Of a stretch of DNA of 64,000 nt, positions 13,810-26,935 are shown one piece after another. The stretch covers positions 143,716,001 to 143,780,000 of the forward strand of contig NC_042998.1 of assembly GCF_006345805.1 (NCBI RefSeq), read 5' to 3'. How positions within the stretch are numbered: position 1 is the stretch's first letter; each line of letters opens with the position of its first letter. Position numbers and translations under genes: made by a program. This stretch comes from Octopus sinensis (Eukaryota). The notes under the pieces are model-generated. The model did not search any database. It was not told the DNA's origin and saw only the letters and a list, made by a program, of their open reading frames with translations.

Positions 13810-14335
13810 TAAGGAAGCAAAAAAAAATACAAGAAAGAGGTCATAGTACTTGACAACTTTGAAGAAAAAGAGCAAACAACAAAAGCTAGCAACCGAAATC
13901 TAAGCTTGGAACTACAAAATACCGTGATAAAACGACGGCAAGAAAAACCTTTACATGGCAAATACTGGGATAAGCTAAACAAAAAAGAAAGTAAAATCCC
14001 AACAATAGTTGAGAAGCTCATGACCCAAAGCAGGGAATGAAGGCTCCCCACCAGAAACACATAATGAAGAAAAATACAATAAGTGACTTCAGAATATGTA
14101 GTAAAGAGCAGAAAACAATAAATCATATTGTCTCTGGCTGCCCAGTCCTGGCTAAGAAGAAATATATCCACAGGCATGACAGAGTTGGGACCTACATACA
14201 CTGGAAACTGTGCCAACACTAGGGAATTACAACAGGAAAGAGATGGTATAAGCATAACTCAGAAAAGGTCTCAGAAAATGACAAAGCAACCATACTTTGG
14301 TATATGCCAATTTACTCAGATAGAAAGATCAAGGC
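13810..14335 (+). pseudogene. R4/Dong-like non-LTR retrotransposon C-terminal fragment (zinc knuckle before RLE)
   Basis: LHGKYW...RICSKEQKTINHIVSGCPVLAKKKYIHRHDRVGTYIHWKLC. Confidence 0.85.
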
Positions 14336-14469
14336 TCTAACCCAAGTAACAACTCCCATACTACTCTTCCACCAAAAAACCGAAAAAGTAGATTCTTCAT
14401 TTCACACGACAAATTTACTTATCTGAAATCCTCTTTTTACTGCAATTGTTTGTTTGGTGGGGGGGGGCA

Positions 14470-14900
14470 TTGTCTGGGTGTTAATCATTCTCAAATTCTT
14501 GCTCTGTCTCTTCCTTTTCATGGCTTCTCTCTAAGCTTTTTGAGTGTCTTAATGTACCGATTGCAGTTCACAGGACTGTTACCTTCCAGAATATCAAGGA
14601 GAACGACGCTCTAAGCATCATTAAAATGCCACCATCACTTTCTCAGCGAATCGCTGGCTCTCTAACTTCTTGGGCCTTGGAAAGAAAATGTAACACCATT
14701 CCGTGGTGTAAGCCTTCGTTTCTGGATCAAAAAGATACGACCACATTTCATCATTTGTTAACAAATCAGAAAGAACAAACAAAAATTTAAAAAAACGTAC
14801 CCTCATCAGCTTCAAATGTTTCTAGCAGATCAAAGAAGGCTTCTACCATTCTCTCCTTCGAATTCAATGACGAGGTACCCACGTTGCACACTTTCCGATA
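14470..14900 (-). mobile_element. Degenerate mariner transposase fragment
   Basis: LTNDEMWSYLFDPETK...EW...PRPKK...AEKVMVAF. Confidence 0.75.
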
Positions 14901-15094
14901 CTTAGTGCGGTAAACAATCTTCAGCCTTCAATGGATGCTTGACAGACTGCGCTGTTCCGTTGCCAAGAACTCAACAAAGGTACATTGCTTCTGTTTCGGA
15001 CCCATTATTTGCATGCAGTGGAAGAAGGGCAGAAAGAAGAGTTATTCGGGAAGAAGAGTTACTCAACCAGCATATGCAGTTGCCAAGGCAACTG

Positions 15095-15415
15095 ATCCCA
15101 GGACAAATTATTCCCGGATAACTCATATCAGACAACTCATACTTGGACAATTGATATCTAGAACTACTGATATATAGGACAACTCTTAACAGGTATAAAG
15201 TGGTAAAGATTTAATTTTAAAAAAAAAGGCAAGAATAAAATAACCGCACTCACCACACACGCACAAACACACATACGCATACACACACCACACACGCAAA
15301 TACACATCGCACACACACGCACACACACACATACACACACACCACACACACGCAAAATTCCTTTCAAAATTAAATCTTTATCACTTTATACCTGTCATGA
15401 GTTGTCCTACATACC
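15095..15415. mobile_element. MITE-like inverted repeat around a (CA)-rich core
   Basis: TAGGACAACTCTTAACAGGTATAAAGTGGTAAAGATTTAATTTT (~15175-15220) vs AAAATTAAATCTTTATCACTTTATACCTGTCATGAGTTGTCCTA (~15366-15409); short GGACAA-like repeats to the left. Confidence 0.65.
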
Positions 15416-15429
15416 GTGCAGTTTGAACA

Positions 15430-15601
15430 ACTTTAGACACCAGTACTTATATTTTGAAACCTGGTACTTATTCTATCAGTTTCTACGACCGGACCACTAG
15501 GTTGCAGAGATGTAAACACACCAGCACAAGTTGTCAAGCGGTGGTGTGGGACAAAGGAACAAACATACATACACACACACACACCACACACACACACCAA
15601 C

Positions 15602-15640
<39 letters not shown>

Positions 15641-15833
15641 ATATATATATATCTATAATATATATATATATACACATACATATTCGACAGACTTATTTCA
15701 GTTCCCGTCTACCAAATCCACTCACAAGTCTTTGGTCGGCCCGAGGCCAGAGTAGAAGACACTTGCCAAGGTTGTAGGCAGTGAGACTGAACCTGGAACC
15801 ATATGTTTGAGAACCAAACTTCTTACCACACAG
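15430..15833 (-). mobile_element. SINE family A copy
   Basis: Same head and tail as 7750-8180, diverged. Confidence 0.85.
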
Positions 15834-15847
15834 TCTTATACATATAT

Positions 15848-16644
15848 CAGAGGTGACTCCAGGACATCAGCGTCGGGCTCATCACAGATTTCGTCACTCA
15901 GGCTCTTCATAGATTTCGCATGTGACATATACCTGCTCGAAGAATTTCACATTTACTCGCAAGATTTCTAGCCCCAAATGGCTTTTTTTTTATAAAGCAC
16001 TATGTCTTTCTTCATTTATAAGTTATGGGTAAAAATTAAGCAACCCTGCAAAACACAACTGATCTTTACACCCAAACGCACAGAATAAGAGCAATCAAAT
16101 AACGTCAGCGGAGTGCACAACAAACATCAGCGATCTGACAGTCGCCTGTACTCTTGGCAAGAGATGCCAGTTAGTCTTTTATACCTACAAAGCTCGTTCG
16201 TATTAGCCTGAGATGCTGGTTAATTTTTCCTTTAAGAATATTGTAGAACGGCAACTTTTCATAGATTGGAATTTAAATCTTAATCTCTATTTATTGTTTC
16301 AAGAAAACATTGAATTTGAATTACTTTTAATTTTTACGGTTATAAATAACAACTCGGGATGTAACTTCAGAGCCTGAGTCAGGCGCATGTGAACGATGAC
16401 GAGTGAACGTCTGCTGCGAATGATATATTTTTTGACACCGGGCACCTCAAAGACGACCGCCAGACGCAGAACGAAAATAAATTAACTGCGACCAAGCTCA
16501 ATAAAAGGCGCCCGAGTTATGAGCTGCAATTACACACTTGAGGTCAATGCTGGCAGAAATTAAACAGCTTGCAAATACACGTTCACTTTACTAAATTTGT
16601 ACTCGGGATAAGCCCGAACAGCCCAAGTGCCGGAGTCGCCACTG
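15848..16644. mobile_element. Non-autonomous hAT-like DNA transposon (~800 bp)
   Basis: TIRs CAGAGGTGACTCC / GGAGTCGCCACTG; flanks ACATATAT vs ATATAGAT (6/8, possible decayed 8-bp TSD). Confidence 0.65.
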
Positions 16645-16652
16645 ATATAGAT

Positions 16653-16692
<40 letters not shown>

Positions 16693-16754
16693 CAAAATAC
16701 CAAAATGTTTTAAATATATATATTATATATATACATATAAAATACAAAATGTTT

Positions 16755-16819
<65 letters not shown>

Positions 16820-16925
16820 AGAGTTTACGAAATTTATATAAATAAGGATAAGATCGTTAATTTAATTATCAATCTTATCAAATGACCAGCATGAGAATAA
16901 AAACCTTCAAAGGTAATAATTATTA

Positions 16926-17118
16926 TTAAAATTATAATTGGGGTATCTAAGAGTTACCTCCACGCTGGAAATAGCAGCCAAAACTTGACTCTAAAACCAC
17001 ATTAAATGTTCATACCGTACCTGGTGTGGTATGAACATTTAATGTGGTTTTAGAGACAAGTTTTGGCTGCTATTTCCAGCGTGGAGGTATCTCTTAGATA
17101 CCCTAAATTATAATTTTA
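16926..17118. repeat. Near-perfect ~190-bp palindrome between (TA)n tracts
   Basis: GGGTATCTAAGAGTTACCTCCACGCTGGAAATAGCAGCCAAAAC...GTTCATACC mirrored by GGTATGAAC...GTTTTGGCTGCTATTTCCAGCGTGGAGGTATCTCTTAGATACCC; ~11-nt loop. Confidence 0.9.
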
Positions 17119-17129
17119 TATATATATAT

Positions 17130-17376
17130 ATGGTAAGTCCACATTACTCTATAAAGATCATAGAGTCGGTTTCCCAGTTTCTCTGCGTATATACTCCCCT
17201 CTGCAGGGAACGCTTGTCCGTCACAGGATTACTCATTTTTACCAGCTGAGTGGACTGGAGCAACGTGAAATGAAATGTTTTGTTCAAGAACACAGCGCAT
17301 TGCCCGGTCCAGGAATGGAAACTACAATCTTACGACCGTAAGTCCAACACCCTAACCGCTAAGCCATGCATCTCCA
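17130..17376 (-). mobile_element. tRNA-derived SINE family C
   Basis: Minus head GCATGGCTTAGCGGTTAGG..., core TTTCACGTTGCTCCAGTCCACTCAGCT shared with 21160-21500. Confidence 0.8.
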
Positions 17377-17455
17377 CACACGCGCGCGCACACATACACA
17401 TACATAAATACATATAAACAACATACATACATACATACATACATACATACATACA

Positions 17456-17489
<34 letters not shown>

Positions 17490-17550
17490 CATAATGCATG
17501 CAAGCACACATACATACATACATACATACATACATACATACATACATACA

Positions 17551-17581
<31 letters not shown>

Positions 17582-17699
17582 TCATCATTCCAGCAGACAG
17601 TGATGCTTGAGTACATATTCCGCAAACTAGAGAATACCAACGATATTAACAGGATTAACAGCCTCCCATGAACCTGCGATAAATACATCGCATCTCACC

Positions 17700-18330
17700 T
17701 AAAATGCTATGCTTTTGCTATTTGAGAACAGGAGACATTTTTCCTGATAAATGAAAAAAGAAATTTATAAAGATGACCCTAGACCTCCACACTGCGATAG
17801 AGAGTGTCGTTTGTGCCATAGCAATGCGGAAGATATGATTCATATCATCAACATGTGTGCAAGAGTATTTGTTTCTTTCCAATTGTTGCTAAGACAGTCG
17901 ACAACGCCCAAAAGATTGCTTTGATGGCCATACCAAAGGGATACCAGAACCAGAAAGTCTTCACACCTTTAAAAGTATGTAACACTGCTAGAACATTCTA
18001 ACAACAACCGTAAACCAATGTAAGCATTACAGACCAGATATTGTTGCATAGGACAAGGAACAAAAATCGTACACTGTTGTAGGTATCAGCTATTCGGCCG
18101 ATGTGAACATCTCGTCAAAAATTGAGGTAAATGAGAACATCTATAGAGAACTAATGAGAAACATACAGCTCTTATATCCAGGCTTCAGATGTTCCTATTG
18201 CCATGGGTGCACTGGTTACGTAACAACTGACCTACATAGAAATGGGTTCAAGAAAAAAGAGCAGAACAAGCTGATTCGCTTTTTCCAGATACCATCGATT
18301 TGAAGAACTGTGAAAATTTGTAAAACTTTA
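17700..18330 (+). pseudogene. RLE-type non-LTR retrotransposon 3' remnant
   Basis: CRLCHSNAEDMIHIINMC knuckle and RPDIVA*DKEQKSYTVVGIS (PD-D/ExK endonuclease). Confidence 0.7.
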
Positions 18331-18939
18331 CAGGTATTTTCTTTTTCAGGTTCTTGGATGACTAGCAGCACACAATCACAAATACATATGGAATACATAT
18401 GCACATATGCATAAACAGTTATGGAGTATGCACGCTTGTTTGCTAACGCGACACGCACACCCACTACACGAATGCACTTTTATCCGGAAACACTCATATA
18501 TATGCATACGTCAACCATTTCAGATAACTAAAGATCTCAAAAATTATCTTGGAGTGACAGCGCTTTCCAGGCAGAATTCAGAAAGATAAAACGAAGGAAA
18601 GGGAAATAAAAGGCAAGAGACACATACACACACAGCCATACATACACCACCATCTACACACATAAATACAGCTATACATACACTTCACCCACACACATAC
18701 ACACACACCAAAATTTGAAACACATTAGAAAGAGAAATGAAACTCTCTTAAAATGCTCCATAATTAGAAAACTGAAATAGTAGAATAATGACCGTCAGAG
18801 TAAGAAATAAGTCATTTCTTTCTCTTAAGCAACACAAGACTTAAAGACACCAATATCATTCTCAGCTGCCAATTTAATGGACGTTGCGTATTATAGCAAT
18901 ATTAATTCTGCTGTTTTTTTTTTGGGGGGGGGGGTTAGT

Positions 18940-19255
18940 CCTTGCTGTTCAGTGGAGTCAAGATAGAGACGATCTTCGTCTACTCGGTTCTAAGCAGATG
19001 TACGTGGCGTTCCAGCTGCAATTCTCTTGACTGTTCGGAGCAAGCGATAAGTCAGAGATGGTTTTGGACTCTAGTGCTTACTTCAACGGCCTGTCACGGT
19101 TGTCAGCAGATGACGCAAGGCATTGCGAAGAGCAACTGAAATGAGAATGATAGTGAACGGTTGCACAGGGAACAAATCGCTCGGCTTGGATGGGTCTGCT
19201 CTATGAGTTTTATGGTGTGTGCCAAACTTACTACGCAACCACTTGGCAATAATGT
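18940..19255 (+). pseudogene. L1/Tx1-like RT start remnant
   Basis: GNKSLGLDG..YEFY motif near 19170-19212. Confidence 0.4.
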
Positions 19256-19882
19256 CCATTGCAACAGTCTGTAGAACTGAATCTGAATCGGCTCAGAAGA
19301 AAAGCGAATTTCTTAATTATATGGTCATGCCTGCGCATGCGAACACACACATGCGCGCGCGTACGCACAAGTGGACACACACAAACACGTAGATATAAAT
19401 TTACATACATATACGTATTACATAAGAAAATTGCTTTTCACCTCCGGGTTCAGTTCTCCCACCCACCCAAAACAGCAGACAAAAGCTTTCTAAGTGGATT
19501 TAGTAGACAACAACTGAAAGAAACCTGTCGCGCGCGCGTGCGTGTGTATGTGTGTGCGCGTATGCGTGTGCGTGTGTGTGCATGTGCACAGGGGTGGGAC
19601 AGAACCCAAAATCGTGTGGTTGGGAAGCAAATTTCTTACCAGACAGCTACACCATTTTTTTAAATAAATACACACGTACATACACACATTCATTCATTTA
19701 TTTGTATCAGTCATTAGACTGCGACCATGCTGGAACATAATGGTGATTAATACATTTACGTTACAAATTTTACAAGTAAATAAAATCGAAGTTCTGCATC
19801 TAAGGGTCGGTGGAGATGGAATCAGGAATAATTAAAGCAAGATGTTCTGAAAATTAAACATTTTATAAATATTTATAGAATA

Positions 19883-19908
19883 TAATAATAATAATGATAA
19901 TATTAATG

Positions 19909-19979
<71 letters not shown>

Positions 19980-20047
19980 GGTGATGATGGTAATGATGAT
20001 GATGAGGAGGAGGAGGAAGAGGAGGAGGACAACGACGACGATGATGA
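19883..20047. repeat. Compound trinucleotide microsatellite (AAT)/(GAT)/(GAG)/(GAC)
   Basis: Direct inspection. Confidence 0.95.
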
Positions 20048-20126
20048 CCAGTTAATAGAAACAAGTACCTATAAACGCTATAAAATATAATCAATGAATG
20101 TATTTATATTATCTTTTGTATGTTCA

Positions 20127-20161
<35 letters not shown>

Positions 20162-21081
20162 TTATAATTATGTGTGAGTATACATTCATGTATACATACA
20201 TATATACACACACACATAAATGCACCAATTATTGACAACAATTCGAGAGAAATATGGCGCCTACGAATTACGAATAAATTTCTTTCTTACGAATTCTTAA
20301 TTTTTACAAATATTCACTAAATAACAAACCTAACAAATACGCGCGCGCGCACAACGCACATGCGCACACGCACTTCACTGAACACAAAACAAACATTTAC
20401 CAGGATTGAATATTTATTTTCTTTTTTTTATGGATATCCATCGCTCACTACGATAAGTATTCAATTCTTCAACCAAGTGAATTGCATTATTTTATGGCAG
20501 ATAAAGATGTACTTATTTTTTCCTTAAATTGTGTCTCAAAAAAATGACCACGACTTCCATATGTGAAATCGTGCCTATATTACAGATTTTAATGCGCAAA
20601 ATCTTTTTTTCCTGAATTTGTGCTACTGAAATTGGGGTGCGTCTAACGTACGCATGTATTTTTAATGCCATCAGCTATCATGCATATTACACGTATAATA
20701 TACATACAAATATATTACCGTAATCGTTGGCATATAAAACACTTTTCTCCCATCAAATGTCTCAAAAACAAAAACAAAAAATCTCACACGGGTACTATAG
20801 GCGAAGTTGGGCCTCTCATAAGCTTATTTTGCGCTTCAATGCATTAACTTCTTTTTTTTTTTTTGCAGAATATGCTTAGACTATGCACTGCTGAAATTGG
20901 GGTGCGTCTAATGTGCCGGTACATCTTTTCTGCCATCAAATGCAGTATATAATATATTTCACACACACACATATGTATGTGTATATGTGTGTATCTATCT
21001 ATATATATATATAGTATATTGTGTGTGCGCTTACACACACTGACACACACACACATACCTACACATACCTACACATGCACA

Positions 21082-21147
<66 letters not shown>

Positions 21148-21159
21148 TACATATACAAA

Positions 21160-21500
21160 AGGATCAAAGGTAAAGAGACCCTTCGGTCGTGAATGACCAG
21201 AAGGATTGTACCTAGAAAGTTACTCTCCGAGGCACAAGTCCGGGCAAGGTTGTTTATGGAAGATCTGCAGTCGGTCATGCATACCAGCCTCCCCTCTCCA
21301 CGCCACCGATGCTATCCAAGGGAAAAGCAAAGTCCGATTCAGCTTGGCACTAGTGACGCCGCAACTCATTTCTGTAGCTGAGTGAACTGGAGCAACGTGA
21401 AATAGTGTCTTGCTCAAAACACAATACACAACCCGGTCCGCGAATCGAACTCACTACCTCATGATTGTGAGCCCGGCATACTGAGCCATGCGCCTTCATA
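21160..21500 (-). mobile_element. SINE family C copy
   Basis: Minus head GAAGGCGCATGGCTCAGT...GAGTTCGATTC; shared core; tail TTTACCTTTGATCC. Confidence 0.85.
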
Positions 21501-21855
21501 CATACATATGAATATATTTTATCTTGTACCTTCTCCCCTACTCTGAAACTCTAGGCCCACTCACCACGTAATACTTCCCCCAGGTTAGTCTAGCTTATTG
21601 ATAATTCTAATTTATTTGCCCCATATACTATTTTCCTTCTACACATGGTCTCCTTGACACCATCCCACTTTGCATCCCTCCTACCAACCCATACCAGTAT
21701 TGGCCACTTCTTTCTACATATCTTTCTAAAACTTTTGAACTGTATACATCTACCCCTCATTATGTTTGTTAAATTCTATCTGCTTTTTATGACCTTATAT
21801 TCTCTGCCTCTTTTCCTTTAGGCTCACTTCTGTACATCTACAAGTATATCTTTAT

Positions 21856-21962
21856 TTCCTTCATCCGATGATGGAAGAGATCGCAACCATAATGCTGGCT
21901 GCCGATCGCGAGCTGTGAAATAGACAATCTGCGTATCTATTCTAGAAACAGCTGTAAGAGAC
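21856..21962 (+). ncRNA. Hammerhead-like motif with long stem II, stem I degenerate
   Basis: CCGATGA-TGGAAGAGAT...ATCTATTCTA-GAAA-CAGCTG-TA; 9/10 pairs at the stem II base; palindromic stem III; lies in a pLTR-like block 21510-22345. Confidence 0.55.
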
Positions 21963-22393
21963 TATTTGCATACCTTTTTCTTTCTCCGCATCCAGCTTCG
22001 GATTCTACCTGCGATTACCAGTTTTACTTACTATCTAATTCCAATAATGTGGACTTATCTTATAACTGTTCCGGAAGAATAGTAGCATGTCATAACTATT
22101 ATGATAATTCCTCAACTGATTTTTTTTTATTGACCTCTTGTGATCTAAACTCCAGTAACATAGGATTCCACCCTCATATCAGAAGTAAAAGAATTTGATT
22201 AACACCTGCGTTTAACTCCATTCATTTATTTATCTATATTATACAAAACATTTCACCTTAACCCGGAGTTTCTACCTTTATAAATAGGTTGTTACATCCT
22301 TGTTACTTGTGTAATGTGATTTTTTGCTACCCTGGTAACAGTTTATTTATTTTTTCCGTGTATTTGTAAACACTGAAAAAACACACATACATT

Positions 22394-22478
<85 letters not shown>

Positions 22479-22512
22479 CACACACACACCACACACACAC
22501 ACACACACACAC

Positions 22513-22547
<35 letters not shown>

Positions 22548-22577
22548 TATATATATATATATATTATATATATATAA

Positions 22578-24180
22578 ATGTGGACTGGTTTAACTTTTCC
22601 AGGCGTCCCCGTCATCTAAACATCTCCCAGCGAACTCTCGGCCCTTCGATGTCTCCGACACCGTACTGACATCATTATAAAACCGGCTGACAAGAGTGGA
22701 GCCGTGGTGGTGTAACGCGCGGACCTCTACAAGGCCGAAGCTTTCCGCCAACTTCAAGAAACCCCCATCAACTGCCCTCTGCCCTCTGACCCCACGCACA
22801 GCTACCAACAGACTGTGTCCTCCACTATCTATGACCTCATCTCCTCCTCCCGTTTCCCCTCCCCATCGCCTCCAACCTCATTGTCCGCACCCCTCGCATC
22901 CCACCATTTATTTCCTCCCCAAAACCCACAAGCCTAACAACCCCGGGCCTCCCCATCGTCTCCGCCTGAAACTGCCCCACCGAACTCATCTCCAAGTATC
23001 TTGACCGTGTCCTTGCCTCCCTAGTGACTTCCCTCCCCTCTCACATCCATGACACCAACCACGCGCTTCGTTTGTTCAACTCTTTCTCCTTCCCTCCTGG
23101 CTCCTCTAAACTTTTCTTCACCCTCGGCATCGAGAGCCTCTACACGGTGATCCCTCACCACGAGGGGCTGTATGCACACCAACATTTCCTTGACCTTCGA
23201 CCCAACCTCCAACATGACACATCCACACTCGTTCGTCTGGTTGAACTTGTCCTCTCACTCAACTGCTTCTCGCTCGCGGGTGGCCATGGGAACGAGAATG
23301 GGCCCCAACTATGCGAACCTGTTCGTTGGCTACGTTGAGGCTCAAATATTCTCAAGTTTCACTGGTCCCACTCCCGAACTATACGGCCGTTATATTGACG
23401 ACTGTATCGGTGCGACCTCACTCTCAGGCGAACATCTAGATACCTTCCTCTCTTTTGTCAAATCTTTCCATCCTTCCCTCTACTTCTCCTGTACTAGAAA
23501 GGAGACACCTCTGTCTCCTTTCTTGACATTTCGGTCAGCATTCATCACTCCACTCTCACCACCTCCATCCACTACAAACAAACAAACTCACACTCATACC
23601 TCAACTTCTCTTCCTCCCACCCTAAACACACCAAGCTTTTCATCCCCTATTCCCAATTCCTTCGTCTACGCAGGCTCTGTAGTGACGACCATGACTAAGA
23701 CTCAGTCTCAACTCATGGCTTGCCACTTCATCCTACGTGGATATCCCCTCACCACTATCCACACCGGCCGTGCATCTGCTCTCTCCCCCGAACCCGCACC
23801 GCCGTCTCCCACCTCCTATTTCCCCTCACCTACCAACCCACCACCCTACCTCTCCATCGCACCATTCTCCGAGCCTTCCGGCGACTCCAGTCCGACCCCT
23901 CCACTTCGCACATCTTCCCTAACCGACCACTCCCCTCCTTCAAACGAGCCTACAACCTACGAGACCTCTTGGTCCACAGCTTCTTCCCTAATCCAACCTC
24001 CCAACCCTGCTCATTCCCCTGCTCCCGCCCACGCTGCTGCACTTACCTTTACTTCTTCAACACCACCCTCCCCACCGGCACCCATCATCGACCCTATCAC
24101 ATCACCGACTCCTTCACCTGCACTTCTACCAATATCATCTACTGCATCTCCTGCTCTCTCTGCCCTTCTCTATACTTCGT
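22578..24180 (+). mobile_element. Penelope-like element (Neptune-type) RT plus start of GIY-YIG, frameshifted and truncated
   Basis: DIIIKPADK, IYFLPKTHKPNNPG, IESLYTVIPH, VAMGTRMGPNYANLFVG, RYIDD, IPYSQFLRLRRLCS, CSRPRCCT..HITDSFTCTSTNIIYCISCSLCPSLY. Confidence 0.92.
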
Positions 24181-24189
24181 TAACTTGTA

Positions 24190-25940
24190 GGCCAAGAGAC
24201 TTTTTAAATTTCTGACTAAGCTTCATGACTGAAGCATGCTTGGAATCTTCATGCTTCGGTGCAGCATCGCTTGTTGTATTAAGGTACATTTCAAGATCTA
24301 TTATTGCTGATTTGAAAGATTGTTCGAGCTTCCACCTATTTTTCTTGTGAGATAAATCCTATCTACATCTGATTTTGAATAGTGCGTTCGGTACCTTGTA
24401 AAGATTTTACGGATCTTTCCATCTATATTCTGCATGTCAGTGAGACTCCACTTGATGATACCGAAGATATATGTGATTACTGATATGGCCAAAGAATTGA
24501 TCGCATAAATTCTGTTAGCAGCATTTAATTCTGAGTTTGGGACCATTCTTACTCTTCGGTATAGCATCCCTTGCGGATTTTCTCTTTCATTTTAGAGTGC
24601 TGGTTACCATCACTTTCATTGGTTCCCAGATATTTGTATACTTCGGATTGGTCTAGGTTTCGAATAGCTGTGGTAGTATCAAGTTCTATGTTTTCTGCCT
24701 TTATGAACTTCCCTGCCTTGAAAATAGCCTTTACACACTTATCAAGTCCTAATTCCATACCTATATCAGAGCTAAATTCTTTGACAATATTCAGGAGCTC
24801 TTCTAATTATTTGTCGCTTTTGGCAAACAGTTTTAGATCATCCATATAGAGTAGATGATTAATTTTCTGGTCAAAGATTTTATACCCTCTCTTAGCATTA
24901 TTCAGTTACGTGGATAAAGGGAACAGAGTGAGGCAGAATAGTAATGGTGATAATGAGTCACCTTGAAAGTAACCACAGGCGACATTGATGTCTGGTGAGG
25001 TGGTATATTCTTATATATGGTTTAAAATGAGGGTTGTTCTCCACGAATTCATGATTACTTTTAAAAAGTTCACTATTGTTGGAGCTATCTTGTAAATTTC
25101 CAGGGCCTTGGTGATACATGCATGGTGGGGGTCGGGCATTGTCTAAAGCCTTCTTGTAATCTATCCAAGCAGTGCTAAGGTTTCTGCGTTTAGATTTGCA
25201 ATTTTCAATGTTCATTTTATCAATCAGTAATTGGTCCTTACATCCATATGAACTCATTTTACATCTCTTTTGTTCCACTGGGAATAGCTTCCTATTGTCC
25301 GAGGATTCATATGCTCTATTCACGATCATAGATGTTAATAGTTTATATATGGTAGTGAGGCATGTTATGGGTCGGTATTTTGGTGGGTTAGTAGTGTCTT
25401 CTGTTTTTGGTAAGAGATATGTAATCCCTTCCGTAAGCCATTTTGGGGCTTTCGCAGGGTTTGACATGACTTCATTGAGTGCTACGACTAAGTTGTGGTT
25501 TGTGCTCATTAAAGAGTTTAGCCAAAACTGTGTTATCTTATCTATACCTGGTGATTTCCATTTCTTTGACTTGACGCGCGCTGCTTTCACTTCTTCAGTT
25601 GTCATATCCTGTCATTCTTGATATTTGAGGTGGGCATTGGCCTCTCCTATGTCCCTGACCCAATATGCGTTCTGACTAAACTTCTTTGGATTACTTCAAA
25701 TGTTTTTCCAAAAATCTTCAGTTTGCAGCTGGGGAGGAGGTGTTTTCCCAATAAGGTTATTTTTCCGCAGTTCCCTGTACAATTTTTTTATGCTCTCCTT
25801 GAATAGTATGTTTTTTCTATGGAACGCTGAGCGTTTTTTTTTTGTTTTTTTTCTGTATCTTGCCAGTCGTTTGTTTTTTAATTGTAGTTTTTGTTTGAGG
25901 ATTTCAATCTGTATATCCTTTGTTTTCTTGTAAGGGTCAT
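24190..25940 (-). mobile_element. R4/Dong-like non-LTR retrotransposon RT region, degenerate
   Basis: WKSPGIDKI, WLTEGITYLLPK, YRPITCL, GCKDQLLIDK, AWIDYKKA, HLLYMDDLKLFAK, GMELGLDKC, YKYLG. Confidence 0.92.
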
Positions 25941-26211
25941 GTTTAGCAATTATTCTTACTAGTTTGTTGGATTTATTAGTTTTCCCTTTGCTTGCTTCAA
26001 GTAGAAAAGATATATCTTAGTTGGATTATTTTCCCGTTTATTTTTTCCATCTATGCAGGCTGTTTGTGTACATTGCACAGGAAGCAAAAGAAGCGTCACA
26101 CCCTTGCGGTCAGCAGAGATCAAATGTGTTTACTACAACAAGCGACCAATGAGAGGTCTGACCTTGGTCCTGAAAAGGACCAATTCACCTTGTTCTGTTT
26201 TAATTACAAAT

Positions 26212-26431
26212 TTTTACTTGTTTCAGTCATGTGACTGTGGCCATGCTGGAGCACCGCCTTTAGTCGAGCAAATCGATCCCATGACTTATTCTTTGGCAGC
26301 CTAGTGCTTATTCTATCGGTTTCTTTTGCCGAACCGCTAAGTTACGGGGACCGTAAACAACCAGCATCGGTTATCAAGCCATGTTGGGGGGACAAACACA
26401 GATACACAAACACACACATATATGTATATAT

Positions 26432-26492
<61 letters not shown>

Positions 26493-26640
26493 CATATATA
26501 CGACGGGCTTCTTTCAGTTCCGTCTACCAAATCCACTCACAAGGTTTTGGTCGACCCGAGGCTACAGTAGAGGACACTTGCCCAAGGTGCCACGCAGTGG
26601 GACTGAACCCGGAACCAAGCAACTTACCACACAGCCACTG
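26212..26640 (-). mobile_element. SINE family A copy
   Basis: Full head, microsatellite and tail. Confidence 0.9.
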
Positions 26641-26658
26641 CTAGAAAAAATAACAATA

Positions 26659-26692
<34 letters not shown>

Positions 26693-26849
26693 GATCTTTG
26701 TGGTTTTCGTCACTGTTTATAATCTTGTTCCAATTGTTTTTAAATTTGCTATATGGATCAAGTTTTGTATGCTAAATGAAATTCAGTTTTCCTATAAATC
26801 CATAATTAAAAAGTTATTAGCCTTTAAAATTTGCAAAATTTGGGTATTT

Positions 26850-26935
26850 TAGCCAATCAGAAGCGAGGCTTTTACACATCACCATGGCGAAAAACTCTGT
26901 TTCCATAGTAACCAAAGATGCTGCGCATGCGCACA
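26850..26935. promoter_or_regulatory. Candidate promoter: CCAAT box, RFX X-box, NRF1 palindrome
   Basis: AGCCAATCAG 26851; GTTTCCATAGTAAC 26899-26912; TGCGCATGCGCA 26922-26933. Confidence 0.45.

Noticed and set aside
19832-20094. Poly-His/poly-Ser ORFs
   Set aside because: Trinucleotide microsatellite
23172-24215. 347-aa ORF with Pro/Ser/Thr-rich tail
   Set aside because: Chimera of PLE RT and off-frame translation of C-rich sequence after frameshifts
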